Shown here one piece after another: positions 7,647-15,410 of a DNA stretch of 15,686 bases; position 1 is the stretch's first letter; the number at the start of each line of letters is the position of its first letter. The position numbers were made by a program, and so were the translations under genes. Below the pieces are notes generated by a model. It did no database searches. It was given only the letters and a program-made list of their open reading frames with translations, and had not been told where the DNA came from. The stretch comes from an uncultured bacterium (lineage in GTDB: Bacteria; Hydrogenedentota; Hydrogenedentia; Hydrogenedentales; JAEUWI01): NCBI GenBank assembly GCA_963977445.1, contig CAXBPH010000159.1, positions 1 to 15,686 of the forward strand, in the 5' to 3' direction.

Positions 7647-8354
7647 ATGAACATTGAGGCCCTGACTGCGCTCTATGCAGAAGACGGTGTCGTACACGTT
7701 GAATCCCTGTTCTCCCCGGTGGAAATTGAAGAGATTCGAGAAGCCTTGCAACGCTATGCCGATGAAATCGTGCCGGGGCTGCCGCCCAACGATGTGGTGC
7801 TTGAAGCCGACGGCGTCTCGGTCCGCAATTGCTGGCGTATGGATGTCCATGACCCCTGGTTCGCTACCCTGGCGAAGAAGGAGTCCATCATCGCGCTCGT
7901 AACTTCGCTGGTTAAAAACGAGCCCGTTCTTATGGCCGTTGAGTCCTTTAATAAACCGGCCCGCGTGGGTTCGGCGGTTCCGCCCCATCAGGACAACGCC
8001 TATTTCTGCCTGACGCCCCCCGATGCGCTCACCGTGTGGATTGCTGTCGATGCCGTGACGGAAGCCAACGGTCCCATTTCCTATATTCGCGGCAGCCAAC
8101 TGGATGGCGCCCGACCCCACGTCACGTCGGGTGTTGCGGGCAACTCCATGGGCCTGGCGGAATGTCCGGATAAATCCGACGCGTTGACCGTGCTTTTACA
8201 GCCCGGAGATGCCCTCATTCACCACAGCAACACGATTCACTTCAGCGCACCGAATACGAGCGACCAATCCCGCCGGGGTTTGCTGATGGTTTTTCGAGGT
8301 GTCCATTGCCAGCCCGACCCGTCGCTACGCTCAGATTATGCGCTGGCGAAGTAG
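7647..8354 (+). CDS. Phytanoyl-CoA dioxygenase (PhyH) family Fe(II)/2-oxoglutarate dioxygenase
   Basis: PPHQD (HxD), TVWIAVD..TEANG, GDALIHH..TIH.S.PN.S...RR; ATG at 7647 follows a GGAGAG RBS, 1 nt after the upstream stop. Confidence 0.92.
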   Translation: MNIEALTALYAEDGVVHVESLFSPVEIEEIREALQRYADEIVPGLPPNDVVLEADGVSVRNCWRMDVHDPWFATLAKKESIIALVTSLVKNEPVLMAVESFNKPARVGSAVPPHQDNAYFCLTPPDALTVWIAVDAVTEANGPISYIRGSQLDGARPHVTSGVAGNSMGLAECPDKSDALTVLLQPGDALIHHSNTIHFSAPNTSDQSRRGLLMVFRGVHCQPDPSLRSDYALAK

Positions 8355-8381
8355 GTACTGTTCTTCACTAAGTCCATTCCG

Positions 8382-8569
8382 AGGGTGCCACCTACACGCG
8401 CAGCCGGTTTCCGGCTAAGCTTGTGGGTGCGAATTCCTGGGGGTGGATAAGTGCGATAGAAATGATTTAGCCTTGAAAAAACAACGACGTGAGCGTCGGC
8501 GTCACGTCGTTTTTGAACACGCACACCCACAAAGCCGTTCGTTCCTCACGTCTGTGTAGGTGGCACCCT
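8382..8569. mobile_element. MITE/REPIN-like 188-bp element with perfect 16-bp terminal inverted repeats
   Basis: AGGGTGCCACCTACAC (8382-8397) / GTGTAGGTGGCACCCT (8554-8569); nested IR TTGTGGGTG (8421-8429) / CACCCACAA (8524-8532). Confidence 0.55.
8483..8514 (+). terminator. Intrinsic terminator-like hairpin (possibly bidirectional)
   Basis: AACGACGTGA, 9-nt loop, TCACGTCGTT, then TTT; an A-run precedes it. Confidence 0.55.
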
Positions 8570-8601
8570 TTACGCTTCGACAGTTCGATCAGGAGAATTC
8601 C

Positions 8602-9915
8602 ATGTCCAAGACCCAGGATCTTTACCGTCACGCCAAGACCCGTATTCCTGGCGGCACCCAACTGCTGAGCAAGCGTCCCGAAATGTTTGCCCCCGACCAG
8701 TGGCCCGCCTACTTCAAACGGGCCGAGGGAGCCACCGTATGGGACCTGGATGACCGGGAATATACGGACATGGGCCTCAACGGCATTGGTTCCTGCCTGC
8801 TGGGATTCGCCCACCCGAGGGTTACCGAGGCGGTCACCCGCAGGGTGATGGATGGTTCCATGTGCACCCTCAACGCCCCCGAAGAGGTGGCGCTGGCGGA
8901 TCGACTTTGCGATATTCATCCCTGGGCGGAGCAGGCCCGTTTCGCCCGCACTGGTGGCGAAGCCTGTGCCATGGCCGCCCGCATCGCCCGTGCCACCACA
9001 GGCCGGGATATTATTGCGATATGCGGCTACCACGGATGGCAGGATTGGTATCTCGCCGCGAATCTGGGGGAGAGCGATGCCCTCAAGGGACATCTTCTTC
9101 CCGGCCTCTCTCCCGATGGCGTGCCCCATGCCCTCCGGGGAACGACGGTCGCCTTCACCGCCAATGACACGGATGGTTTTGCACGGATTCTCGGAGAGTA
9201 TGGCGACCGTCTTGCCGCGGTAATTATGGAGCCGTGCCGCTATCACGATCCCGCACCGGAATTCCTGGAGATCGTGCGGGACGGCTGCACCAAAAATGGT
9301 GCGCTCATGGTGATGGATGAAATTACGATTGGCTGGCGTCTGTGTTTTGGGGGTGCCCATCTGAAGTTGGGCGTCACGCCCGATATGGCCATCTTTGCGA
9401 AAGCCCTCGGCAATGGCCATCCCATCAGTGCCGTCATTGGGACCGAGGCAGCCATGAGCGGTGCCCACCATTCTTTTGTCAGTAGCACTTACTGGACCGA
9501 ATCTGTGGGCCCGGTCGCGGCGTTGGCGGTGTTGGATGTGATGCAGGAAGAAGATGTGGTGGGCCATGTGGCGAAGATCGGGACAGCCGTTCAGGAAATA
9601 TGGCGCATTGAGGCCAATCGACATGGTGTGCCTATAATTCAGGACAATGGCTATCCTTGTCTTGCTCATTTCGCCTTTGACCATCCCCAGGCCAACGCAT
9701 TGAAGACACTCTACACCCAGGAAATGTTGCGATATGGCTACCTCGCCAGCACGGTGATATACCCGACCCTTGCCCATACCGATGCCCATGTGGAGGGGTA
9801 TGGCAAAGCGGTGGACTGGGTTTTTTCCATTTTGGGTGCGGCCCTGGCCAAAGACGGCGTCGTGGAGGCCCTGGAAGGCCCCGAAGCGCACACGGGATTT
9901 CGACGACTACTTTGA
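8602..9915 (+). CDS. Class III aminotransferase, glutamate-1-semialdehyde aminomutase-like subgroup often found in sugar-modification loci
   Basis: IPGGTQLLSKRP, VWDLD..EY.DM, RFARTGGEA, YHGW.DWY, DEITIGWR, FAKALGNGHP, SSTYW; ATG at 8602 follows AGGAG. Confidence 0.9.
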   Translation: MSKTQDLYRHAKTRIPGGTQLLSKRPEMFAPDQWPAYFKRAEGATVWDLDDREYTDMGLNGIGSCLLGFAHPRVTEAVTRRVMDGSMCTLNAPEEVALADRLCDIHPWAEQARFARTGGEACAMAARIARATTGRDIIAICGYHGWQDWYLAANLGESDALKGHLLPGLSPDGVPHALRGTTVAFTANDTDGFARILGEYGDRLAAVIMEPCRYHDPAPEFLEIVRDGCTKNGALMVMDEITIGWRLCFGGAHLKLGVTPDMAIFAKALGNGHPISAVIGTEAAMSGAHHSFVSSTYWTESVGPVAALAVLDVMQEEDVVGHVAKIGTAVQEIWRIEANRHGVPIIQDNGYPCLAHFAFDHPQANALKTLYTQEMLRYGYLASTVIYPTLAHTDAHVEGYGKAVDWVFSILGAALAKDGVVEALEGPEAHTGFRRLL

Positions 9916-9919
9916 GGAA

Positions 9920-10144
9920 CCAATGGGACCTGTGGGCCTTGTGGGTCCCCAAAAAACTCACTCCGCCAAAACAAACGGAACTCATCAATCGTGCCTCGCG
10001 ATCCGGTATTTCCGGTTCGTGCGCGGATTGGGAGATATGGCTACCTCGCTACATTAAGGCCAAAGCCAAGCACAATGCTCCCTTCCCAATGAATTTTTGA
10101 GGACTTCCCACAAGTACATAAACCCCAACGACGTCCCACAGCCC
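9920..10144. repeat. Inverted pair of degenerate 9-bp tandem arrays (TGGGACyTr type)
   Basis: TGGGACCTG TGGGCCTTG TGGGTCCC (about 9924-9950) and the reverse-oriented TCCCACAAG TACATAAAC CCCAACGACG TCCCACAG (about 10105-10141). Confidence 0.5.
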
Positions 10145-10332
10145 CTTCGCACGAATCCTCCTACGGCGCATCTTCGACCGGGGTGCCAGATCACGCGGAA
10201 CGTCCATGGTTTGTCGTTTTATCTGCAAAAAGATGTGTGACGATATGATTCGCAAGAACCCATCGAGTCATCCTTTTACCTCCGGCACTTGAAGTATAAA
10301 ATAAATCATCCCCACCAATTGCCCTTGAACCC

Positions 10333-10371
10333 AAAAAAAGACGCCACCGTGTTTTTCGGCGGCGGCGTCTT
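10333..10371 (-). terminator. Rho-independent terminator of the Tat Gfo/Idh/MocA gene
   Basis: On the - strand: AAGACGCCGCCG-loop-CGGTGGCGTCTT then TTTTT, about 20 nt after the stop. Confidence 0.8.
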
Positions 10372-10390
10372 CAAGAGCTGGTCTACGTCC

Positions 10391-11710
10391 CTATGCTTCC
10401 AACGTCCAATCCCCGCGATATTTTCGCGTGAGGATTCCGTTGAGGGCCTCGTTGTCGGTGATTTCTTCCTTCTTGGCATCCCACTTGAAGGAGCCGCCCA
10501 GGGTGCAGGCGAGCTTGCCGAGGTGGCCAATGGACGCCGAGCGATGGCCGGCGTTGACGGGCGCTATGGTCTTCTCCCGGGAGACAATGCAATTCAGCCA
10601 ATCGGTTACGTGATTGTTTTCTTCCCGGAAGCGAAAGTCCCGCTTACCCAATTCCATATTCAAAATCTTGTCGTCGCTGGCCTTGATGCCACTGCGGTCG
10701 ACCCAGACCCAGCGTCCACGGCTGCCGCGAAAGAGGGTTCCCAATTCGCCGGGGCTGGGCCAGAAATCGGGCATGTCACTGTTGTTCGCCACCGTAAGTT
10801 TTACACCGCCCTTATAGGTGCTGGTAAACATATAGCGGGCGGGCGCGTTGTAGAGGTTGTTGCGCTCTTTGACCGGATCCCAACGGATGCCTTCCACTTC
10901 TTTTGGGCCCGTGTTGTCCCAATCCATGCCCATGTGGGCAATGTCGCCATGGTGACCGATCCAGTCCATCATCTGGCCACCGCCAAAGCCCAACCACCAG
11001 CGCCAGTTCCAGTGGCAACGTTCGGGATGGTAGGGTGCCCACTCCGCCGGTCCCACATACATATCATAATCGAGCTCCGCAGGAGGGGCGGGAAATTCAT
11101 CCACCCAGATGGCGTTGCCATAATCGGGCAATGAAACGTAGATATCTTCCACATGACCAATGTAGCCATTGCGCACCAGTTCGCAGCCCCGCTTAAAGTT
11201 TGGATTGGAGCGTTGCATGCTCCCCACCTGGAAGACGACGTTGCTGGCTTCCACGGCCTTTACCACGGCCTTGCCTTCACCGAGGGACCAGGTCAGGGGT
11301 TTTTCACAATAGATGTCTTTGCCCCGACGTGCCGCTTCGATACATACCAGCGCATGCCAGTGATCGGGGGTGGCAATGATGACCGCGTCGATATCGTCCC
11401 GGGCCAGGAGTTCACGAAAGTCGTGATGGGTGGCGCAGGCGGTGTCGCCATAATAGTCGTCTACTTTCTTCTTGGCTTCATTGAGGCGATTCTGGTCTAC
11501 GTCACAGAGGGCCACGATCCGGGTGTTTTCATGTTTGATAGCATTTTCGGTGAGCCCGCCTGCCTGGCCACCGGTGCCCACTACGCCGATATGAATCTTA
11601 TTGCTGGGGGCCGTTTTTCCATCGGCACCCATCGCCACCGAGGGGATAATGTAGGGTGCGGCCATTGCTACGCCGACGCCACCGATAAATTTTCTTCGTG
11701 ACATGGTCAT
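10391..11710 (-). CDS. Tat-exported Gfo/Idh/MocA oxidoreductase
   Basis: Start MTMSRRKFIGG (twin-arginine signal) after a GAAGGA RBS; GTGGQA, ATPDHWH, DIYCEKPL, QVGSMQRS, GGGQMMDWIGHH. Confidence 0.92.
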   Translation of the reverse strand: MTMSRRKFIGGVGVAMAAPYIIPSVAMGADGKTAPSNKIHIGVVGTGGQAGGLTENAIKHENTRIVALCDVDQNRLNEAKKKVDDYYGDTACATHHDFRELLARDDIDAVIIATPDHWHALVCIEAARRGKDIYCEKPLTWSLGEGKAVVKAVEASNVVFQVGSMQRSNPNFKRGCELVRNGYIGHVEDIYVSLPDYGNAIWVDEFPAPPAELDYDMYVGPAEWAPYHPERCHWNWRWWLGFGGGQMMDWIGHHGDIAHMGMDWDNTGPKEVEGIRWDPVKERNNLYNAPARYMFTSTYKGGVKLTVANNSDMPDFWPSPGELGTLFRGSRGRWVWVDRSGIKASDDKILNMELGKRDFRFREENNHVTDWLNCIVSREKTIAPVNAGHRSASIGHLGKLACTLGGSFKWDAKKEEITDNEALNGILTRKYRGDWTLEA

Positions 11711-11767
11711 GATATTTTCCTTCTCGTTGTCCATAAGAATCCACACCGGCAGGGTGCCAGCCGGATG

Positions 11768-11796
11768 AGTATACGTGCTCAATTTTACTTAGACAA
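11768..11796 (-). promoter_or_regulatory. sigma70-type promoter of the Tat oxidoreductase gene
   Basis: On the - strand: TTGTCT, 17 bp, TATACT. Confidence 0.6.
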
Positions 11797-11881
11797 CGGA
11801 GAAGGCCGGGAAGTTTCCATAATGGCACGGAAGGGGAATTTACCGAAGACAAGAATTGACCTCATCGGCCGGTGGCCCCCG

Positions 11882-11920
11882 AAAAAGACAACACGGGCAC
11901 GTCCGCAAGGACGTGCCCGT
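11882..11920 (-). terminator. Terminator of the pfkA operon
   Basis: Perfect 12-bp stem ACGGGCACGTCC-TTGC-GGACGTGCCCGT followed on - by GTTGTCTTTTT. Confidence 0.8.
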
Positions 11921-11941
11921 ATTTAAATCATAGGACAGGCC

Positions 11942-12913
11942 TCAGGTGCTCAGTATTTGAAGGACATCCAGCAATTCGGGTTTAAACTGGGTGCGGTTTT
12001 CCCAAGCCTCGCTCAAAGGGCACAGCACCATTTCCTGATTGCGAATACCCACCATTTTTCCGCTCTCGCCTTCGAGTAAGGCTTCTACGGCACGAACGCC
12101 CATGCGACTGGCGAGGACGCGATCAAATGCCGTGGGACTACCGCCTCGCTGGAGGTGTCCGATGATGGTTACGCGGGAGTTTTTGAATTCGGAGGTCTCT
12201 GCCACACGTTGGGCGATGGTGAGGGCGTCGCCCGCATCATCGCCTTCGGCGACGACGACAATCATAGACGTCTTCCCGCCCTTTTGACCGGTCCGAAGGG
12301 TTTCAATAAGTGCAGGGATGTTGGTGGGCCGTTCCGGCACCAGGACCTCCTCGGCACCGCCCGCGATAGCGGTAATCATGGAGATATAGCCACTGTGTCG
12401 TCCCATGACCTCCACAAAAAAGACCCGGTCGTGGGAGGCGGCAGTGTCGCGGACCCGGTCAATGGCTTCCATGGCCGTGTTGATGGCCGTGTCGAAGCCG
12501 ATGGTATATTCGGTGCCGCCGATGTCGTTGTCGATGGTGCCGGGCAATCCAATGCAGGTGATGCCGTGCTCCGTATAGAGCGCGTGGGCACCGCGATAGG
12601 AGCCATCCCCGCCGATAACGACGATGCCCTCAATGTCCCATAGGCGGAGTCGGTCTGCCGCCTTCGCCCGACCTTCCAGCGTCATGAATTCCATACAACG
12701 GGCGGAATGGAGTATGGTGCCGCCTCGATTGATGATGCCACTCACCGAACGGGCGGCCAGGATTTCCATCTCGCCATCGATCATGCCCTGGTAGCCCCGG
12801 TGGATACCGATCACCTCCAGTCCCTGATTGATACCGGCCCGAACGACAGCACGGACGGCTGCATTCATACCGGGCGAGTCCCCACCACTGGTCAATACCC
12901 CGATTCGCCTCAT
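11942..12913 (-). CDS. pfkA: ATP-dependent 6-phosphofructokinase
   Basis: LTSGGDSPGMNAAVRAVVR, GGDGS and PGTIDND (Gly at both ATP/PPi-discriminating positions), EVMGR, GHLQRGG. Confidence 0.97.
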   Translation of the reverse strand: MRRIGVLTSGGDSPGMNAAVRAVVRAGINQGLEVIGIHRGYQGMIDGEMEILAARSVSGIINRGGTILHSARCMEFMTLEGRAKAADRLRLWDIEGIVVIGGDGSYRGAHALYTEHGITCIGLPGTIDNDIGGTEYTIGFDTAINTAMEAIDRVRDTAASHDRVFFVEVMGRHSGYISMITAIAGGAEEVLVPERPTNIPALIETLRTGQKGGKTSMIVVVAEGDDAGDALTIAQRVAETSEFKNSRVTIIGHLQRGGSPTAFDRVLASRMGVRAVEALLEGESGKMVGIRNQEMVLCPLSEAWENRTQFKPELLDVLQILST

Positions 12914-14799
12914 TTCTTTTTTCCTTTTGTCTTTTTAGTCACTTCAGGTGCTTTTTCCGCAGGAGGCTCTTCCACCACTTCCGCTTCGGGAAGGGAAGTG
13001 AGCTCACTGAGGGGGCCGGCCTTCGCAGCAAATTCCAGGGCCCGGGCACGCCATTCCGCCAGGGCGGCCACCGCGTCTGCCTCAATACGCCAATCGGCAT
13101 GGGCCAGGGCTTCCGATTCATCCATCAGACGGCGCACCTCAGCAACGAGCCAGTCGCCCCGTTCGCGGGCCTGGGGCGTCAACGTCGCTCCGGTAAGATA
13201 GGCGCTCACAAACTCTTCGCACCGGGCCAGGGTATCCTGCAAGGGCTCCAGAAAACTCGCCCCGAGGGCGGCTTCCAACTGGCACAGGGTGCGGGCGAGT
13301 TTGCCCAGCCGGGCCAGCGCCGTGGTGGCAATCGGTTTGGTCAACTGTCCCGCATGCCAGCGCTCTTCAATTTCGGGAAAGGCCCGTAACAGTGCAAAGA
13401 ACTGAACCCGACTGGAAACGTCGGCGGGATCGGCTGCGATAGTGGTGAGGGTCTTCCGCAGGGCCTCGGACCAGGCGGGGTTGAGGCTGGCATCGTCCAG
13501 GACCTCTTTAACTTCTCGCTTTGCCCGACTGACCAGTGTGGCCTTCAACACGGGCCCGCCGAGGCCGGTGATATAGAGGAAATTGTTGGAGAGGGGATGG
13601 GTCCAGACTTTCTCACCCGATTTGCTTTCCAGACTGTTTCCCCATGCGTCCATCAGGGAAAAGGGGTGGGCACCCGACCAGGGAAGTTCAATGGTCGACG
13701 TGTCGTCGGTGCGCCACGATACGGCCCGCCAGTGGTTGCCAGCGGCGAAAATCTGGGTGCGGGTCGTGCCCGGTTGGGGAATACGCCCTGCATAGGTGCC
13801 GGGGGAAATTCGATGGATCAATCCATTCAACTGCGAAAGGCCCGGTTGCAAGGTGTCCTGGGCATAGACCAGTTCCACGGGAAAGGAAAGGGATGCTGCA
13901 CCTTGGGCCATAAACTCGAAAATCAGGGGAAGAAACTGGTCCGGCGACTGAATCGTTTCGGCGGGGATAGTGGCTTCCAGACGTGCGGCGTCCAGCCCAT
14001 GTTCGAGCAAAGATTCATGGAGTGTGCCAAAGGCCTCGGGCGATTCGGCGACAATGAGGTGATGGCCCAGTGTTGCCCGCTCCAGGGCCGCGTCGACGGG
14101 GACCGGCTCACTGAAAAGTAGTCGAAAGGGCTTCTGGCAGGCCAATCCGCGGAAGGTCTCCAGGATATTCGCGGTGGAGGCGGCACTTTTGCCCGGGCGA
14201 AGGGCCCACCCGGCAAGGACATCGCAATAGGATTCGCTGATAGCACTCGCGGCGCGTACGTGCTCCGGGGAAGCGGTAAGGACGACAATCGCGTGCATGT
14301 TCAGGGTGCGAAGGGTGTCCAACAGGACTGACAGGTCGGGATGGGTAACGGGGATGCGTACCGTATCGATAGCAATCCCATGGAGTGCCAATAAGGCGTT
14401 TCGGTCCAGCGAATCGCCATAGGCCGACAAGGTATAGGGCAAATCCTCCATGGGGCGGTCAATGCGAAACCCGGTGGACGTGAGGGTTTCTGTCACATCG
14501 GCCACCGTGATATTCATTGACACGGACCAGGGGCCACGGATTGTGGGTAGATTTTTTAAGGCGCACCAGCGACTGATTTTGGGGCCGAGGTTTACCTCCT
14601 CCAGCCGCAACGTGATGGGTGCCTGGGCGTCGTAGTCCGGCGTTGCGGTAAGTTCGATATCCGCCACGCAGGGGGTGTCGCTGCGCACCTCAACAATCAG
14701 GGGATCATCCAGATAGCTGTAGGGCAGCGGCTGATCCGGTGAGACCGTAATTTCGAAGGCACTCAGCAGGCAGAGGCCCATGACGGCGAGGGCGCTCAT
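12910..14799 (-). CDS. Hypothetical protein with N-terminal signal-like segment
   Basis: 629-aa ORF with ATGA overlaps with both neighbours, hydrophobic N-terminus, helical C-terminal domain and Glu/Pro/Lys tail. Confidence 0.85.
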   Translation of the reverse strand: MSALAVMGLCLLSAFEITVSPDQPLPYSYLDDPLIVEVRSDTPCVADIELTATPDYDAQAPITLRLEEVNLGPKISRWCALKNLPTIRGPWSVSMNITVADVTETLTSTGFRIDRPMEDLPYTLSAYGDSLDRNALLALHGIAIDTVRIPVTHPDLSVLLDTLRTLNMHAIVVLTASPEHVRAASAISESYCDVLAGWALRPGKSAASTANILETFRGLACQKPFRLLFSEPVPVDAALERATLGHHLIVAESPEAFGTLHESLLEHGLDAARLEATIPAETIQSPDQFLPLIFEFMAQGAASLSFPVELVYAQDTLQPGLSQLNGLIHRISPGTYAGRIPQPGTTRTQIFAAGNHWRAVSWRTDDTSTIELPWSGAHPFSLMDAWGNSLESKSGEKVWTHPLSNNFLYITGLGGPVLKATLVSRAKREVKEVLDDASLNPAWSEALRKTLTTIAADPADVSSRVQFFALLRAFPEIEERWHAGQLTKPIATTALARLGKLARTLCQLEAALGASFLEPLQDTLARCEEFVSAYLTGATLTPQARERGDWLVAEVRRLMDESEALAHADWRIEADAVAALAEWRARALEFAAKAGPLSELTSLPEAEVVEEPPAEKAPEVTKKTKGKKK

Positions 14800-15410
14800 A
14801 ATCCCCTCAAGAACGGATTGGAGGCCCGTTCCTTGCCTATGGTTGTTGCGGGGCCATGGCCGCAGTAAACAATCGTCTCATCGGGCAGGGGCAATAATTT
14901 GGTCTTAATGGACTGGAGCAACTGTTCGTGGTCGCCGCCGGGTAGATCGGTCCGACCGATGGATCCGTTGAAGAGCACGTCGCCGCCAATCACAAAGCCG
15001 TCACCCACCAGCACTACATGGCCCGGGGCGTGACCGGGGGTATGAAGTACCTTCATCGTGACACTACCTACCGTGACCGTGTCGCCTTCTTTGATAAATT
15101 GGTCGGGATCCGGCGATGGCTCAACGGGATAGCCAAACATCACGCCCTGCTGTTCCAATGCCTGGAGCAGGGGCAGGTCCGCTTCATGGCAGACCAGGGG
15201 CGCGCCCGTAGCGGCCACCATGCCCGCGTTGCCGCCGCTGTGGTCGATATGACAGTGGGTGTTGAAAATCATCGTAACCGTATCATCCGCCACACACTGT
15301 TTTAGTTCCGCCGTTGCCTCGCCCGGATCGATGACCAGGGCCTCGCCACCGTCTTTGAGCACATAACAGTTCATCATGAACGGCGTCATTTCAAAAGAGA
15401 GTAGTTCCAA
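14796..15410 (-). CDS. Metallo-beta-lactamase-fold hydrolase, glyoxalase II (YcbL/GloC-like)
   Basis: NCY, IDPG, THCHIDH, HTPGHAPGH, GDVLF.GSIGRTDLPGGD, GHG..TTIG.E...NPF; likely TTG start at 15410 with GGAG 8 nt upstream. Confidence 0.9.
   Translation of the reverse strand: MELLSFEMTPFMMNCYVLKDGGEALVIDPGEATAELKQCVADDTVTMIFNTHCHIDHSGGNAGMVAATGAPLVCHEADLPLLQALEQQGVMFGYPVEPSPDPDQFIKEGDTVTVGSVTMKVLHTPGHAPGHVVLVGDGFVIGGDVLFNGSIGRTDLPGGDHEQLLQSIKTKLLPLPDETIVYCGHGPATTIGKERASNPFLRGL

Noticed and set aside
7647..8354. Calling this gene ectD
   Set aside because: It lacks the EctD F.WHSDFETWH.EDG signature and no ect genes are nearby.
1489..9891. Long antisense ORFs (1489-2412, 2622-3662, 3989-5089, 5191-6480, 6539-7573, 8467-9891)
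   Set aside because: They mirror well-supported + strand genes, show no family motifs, and are the expected shadow of GC-biased codon usage.
8602..9915. Calling this gene hemL
   Set aside because: It lacks the HemL PGGVNSPVR and GGGLP/AGT motifs, and there is no tetrapyrrole context.
9912..10100. 62-aa ORF overlapping the aminotransferase stop
   Set aside because: It begins within the 9-bp repeat array (WDLWALWVP is repeat-encoded) and has no recognisable motif.
10289..11701. + strand ORFs 10289-11134 and 11153-11701
   Set aside because: Antisense shadows of the Tat Gfo/Idh/MocA gene.
14796..15410. Metallo-beta-lactamase antibiotic resistance gene
   Set aside because: There is no signal peptide, and the SIGRTDLPGG and NPF motifs mark the cytoplasmic glyoxalase II/YcbL group.
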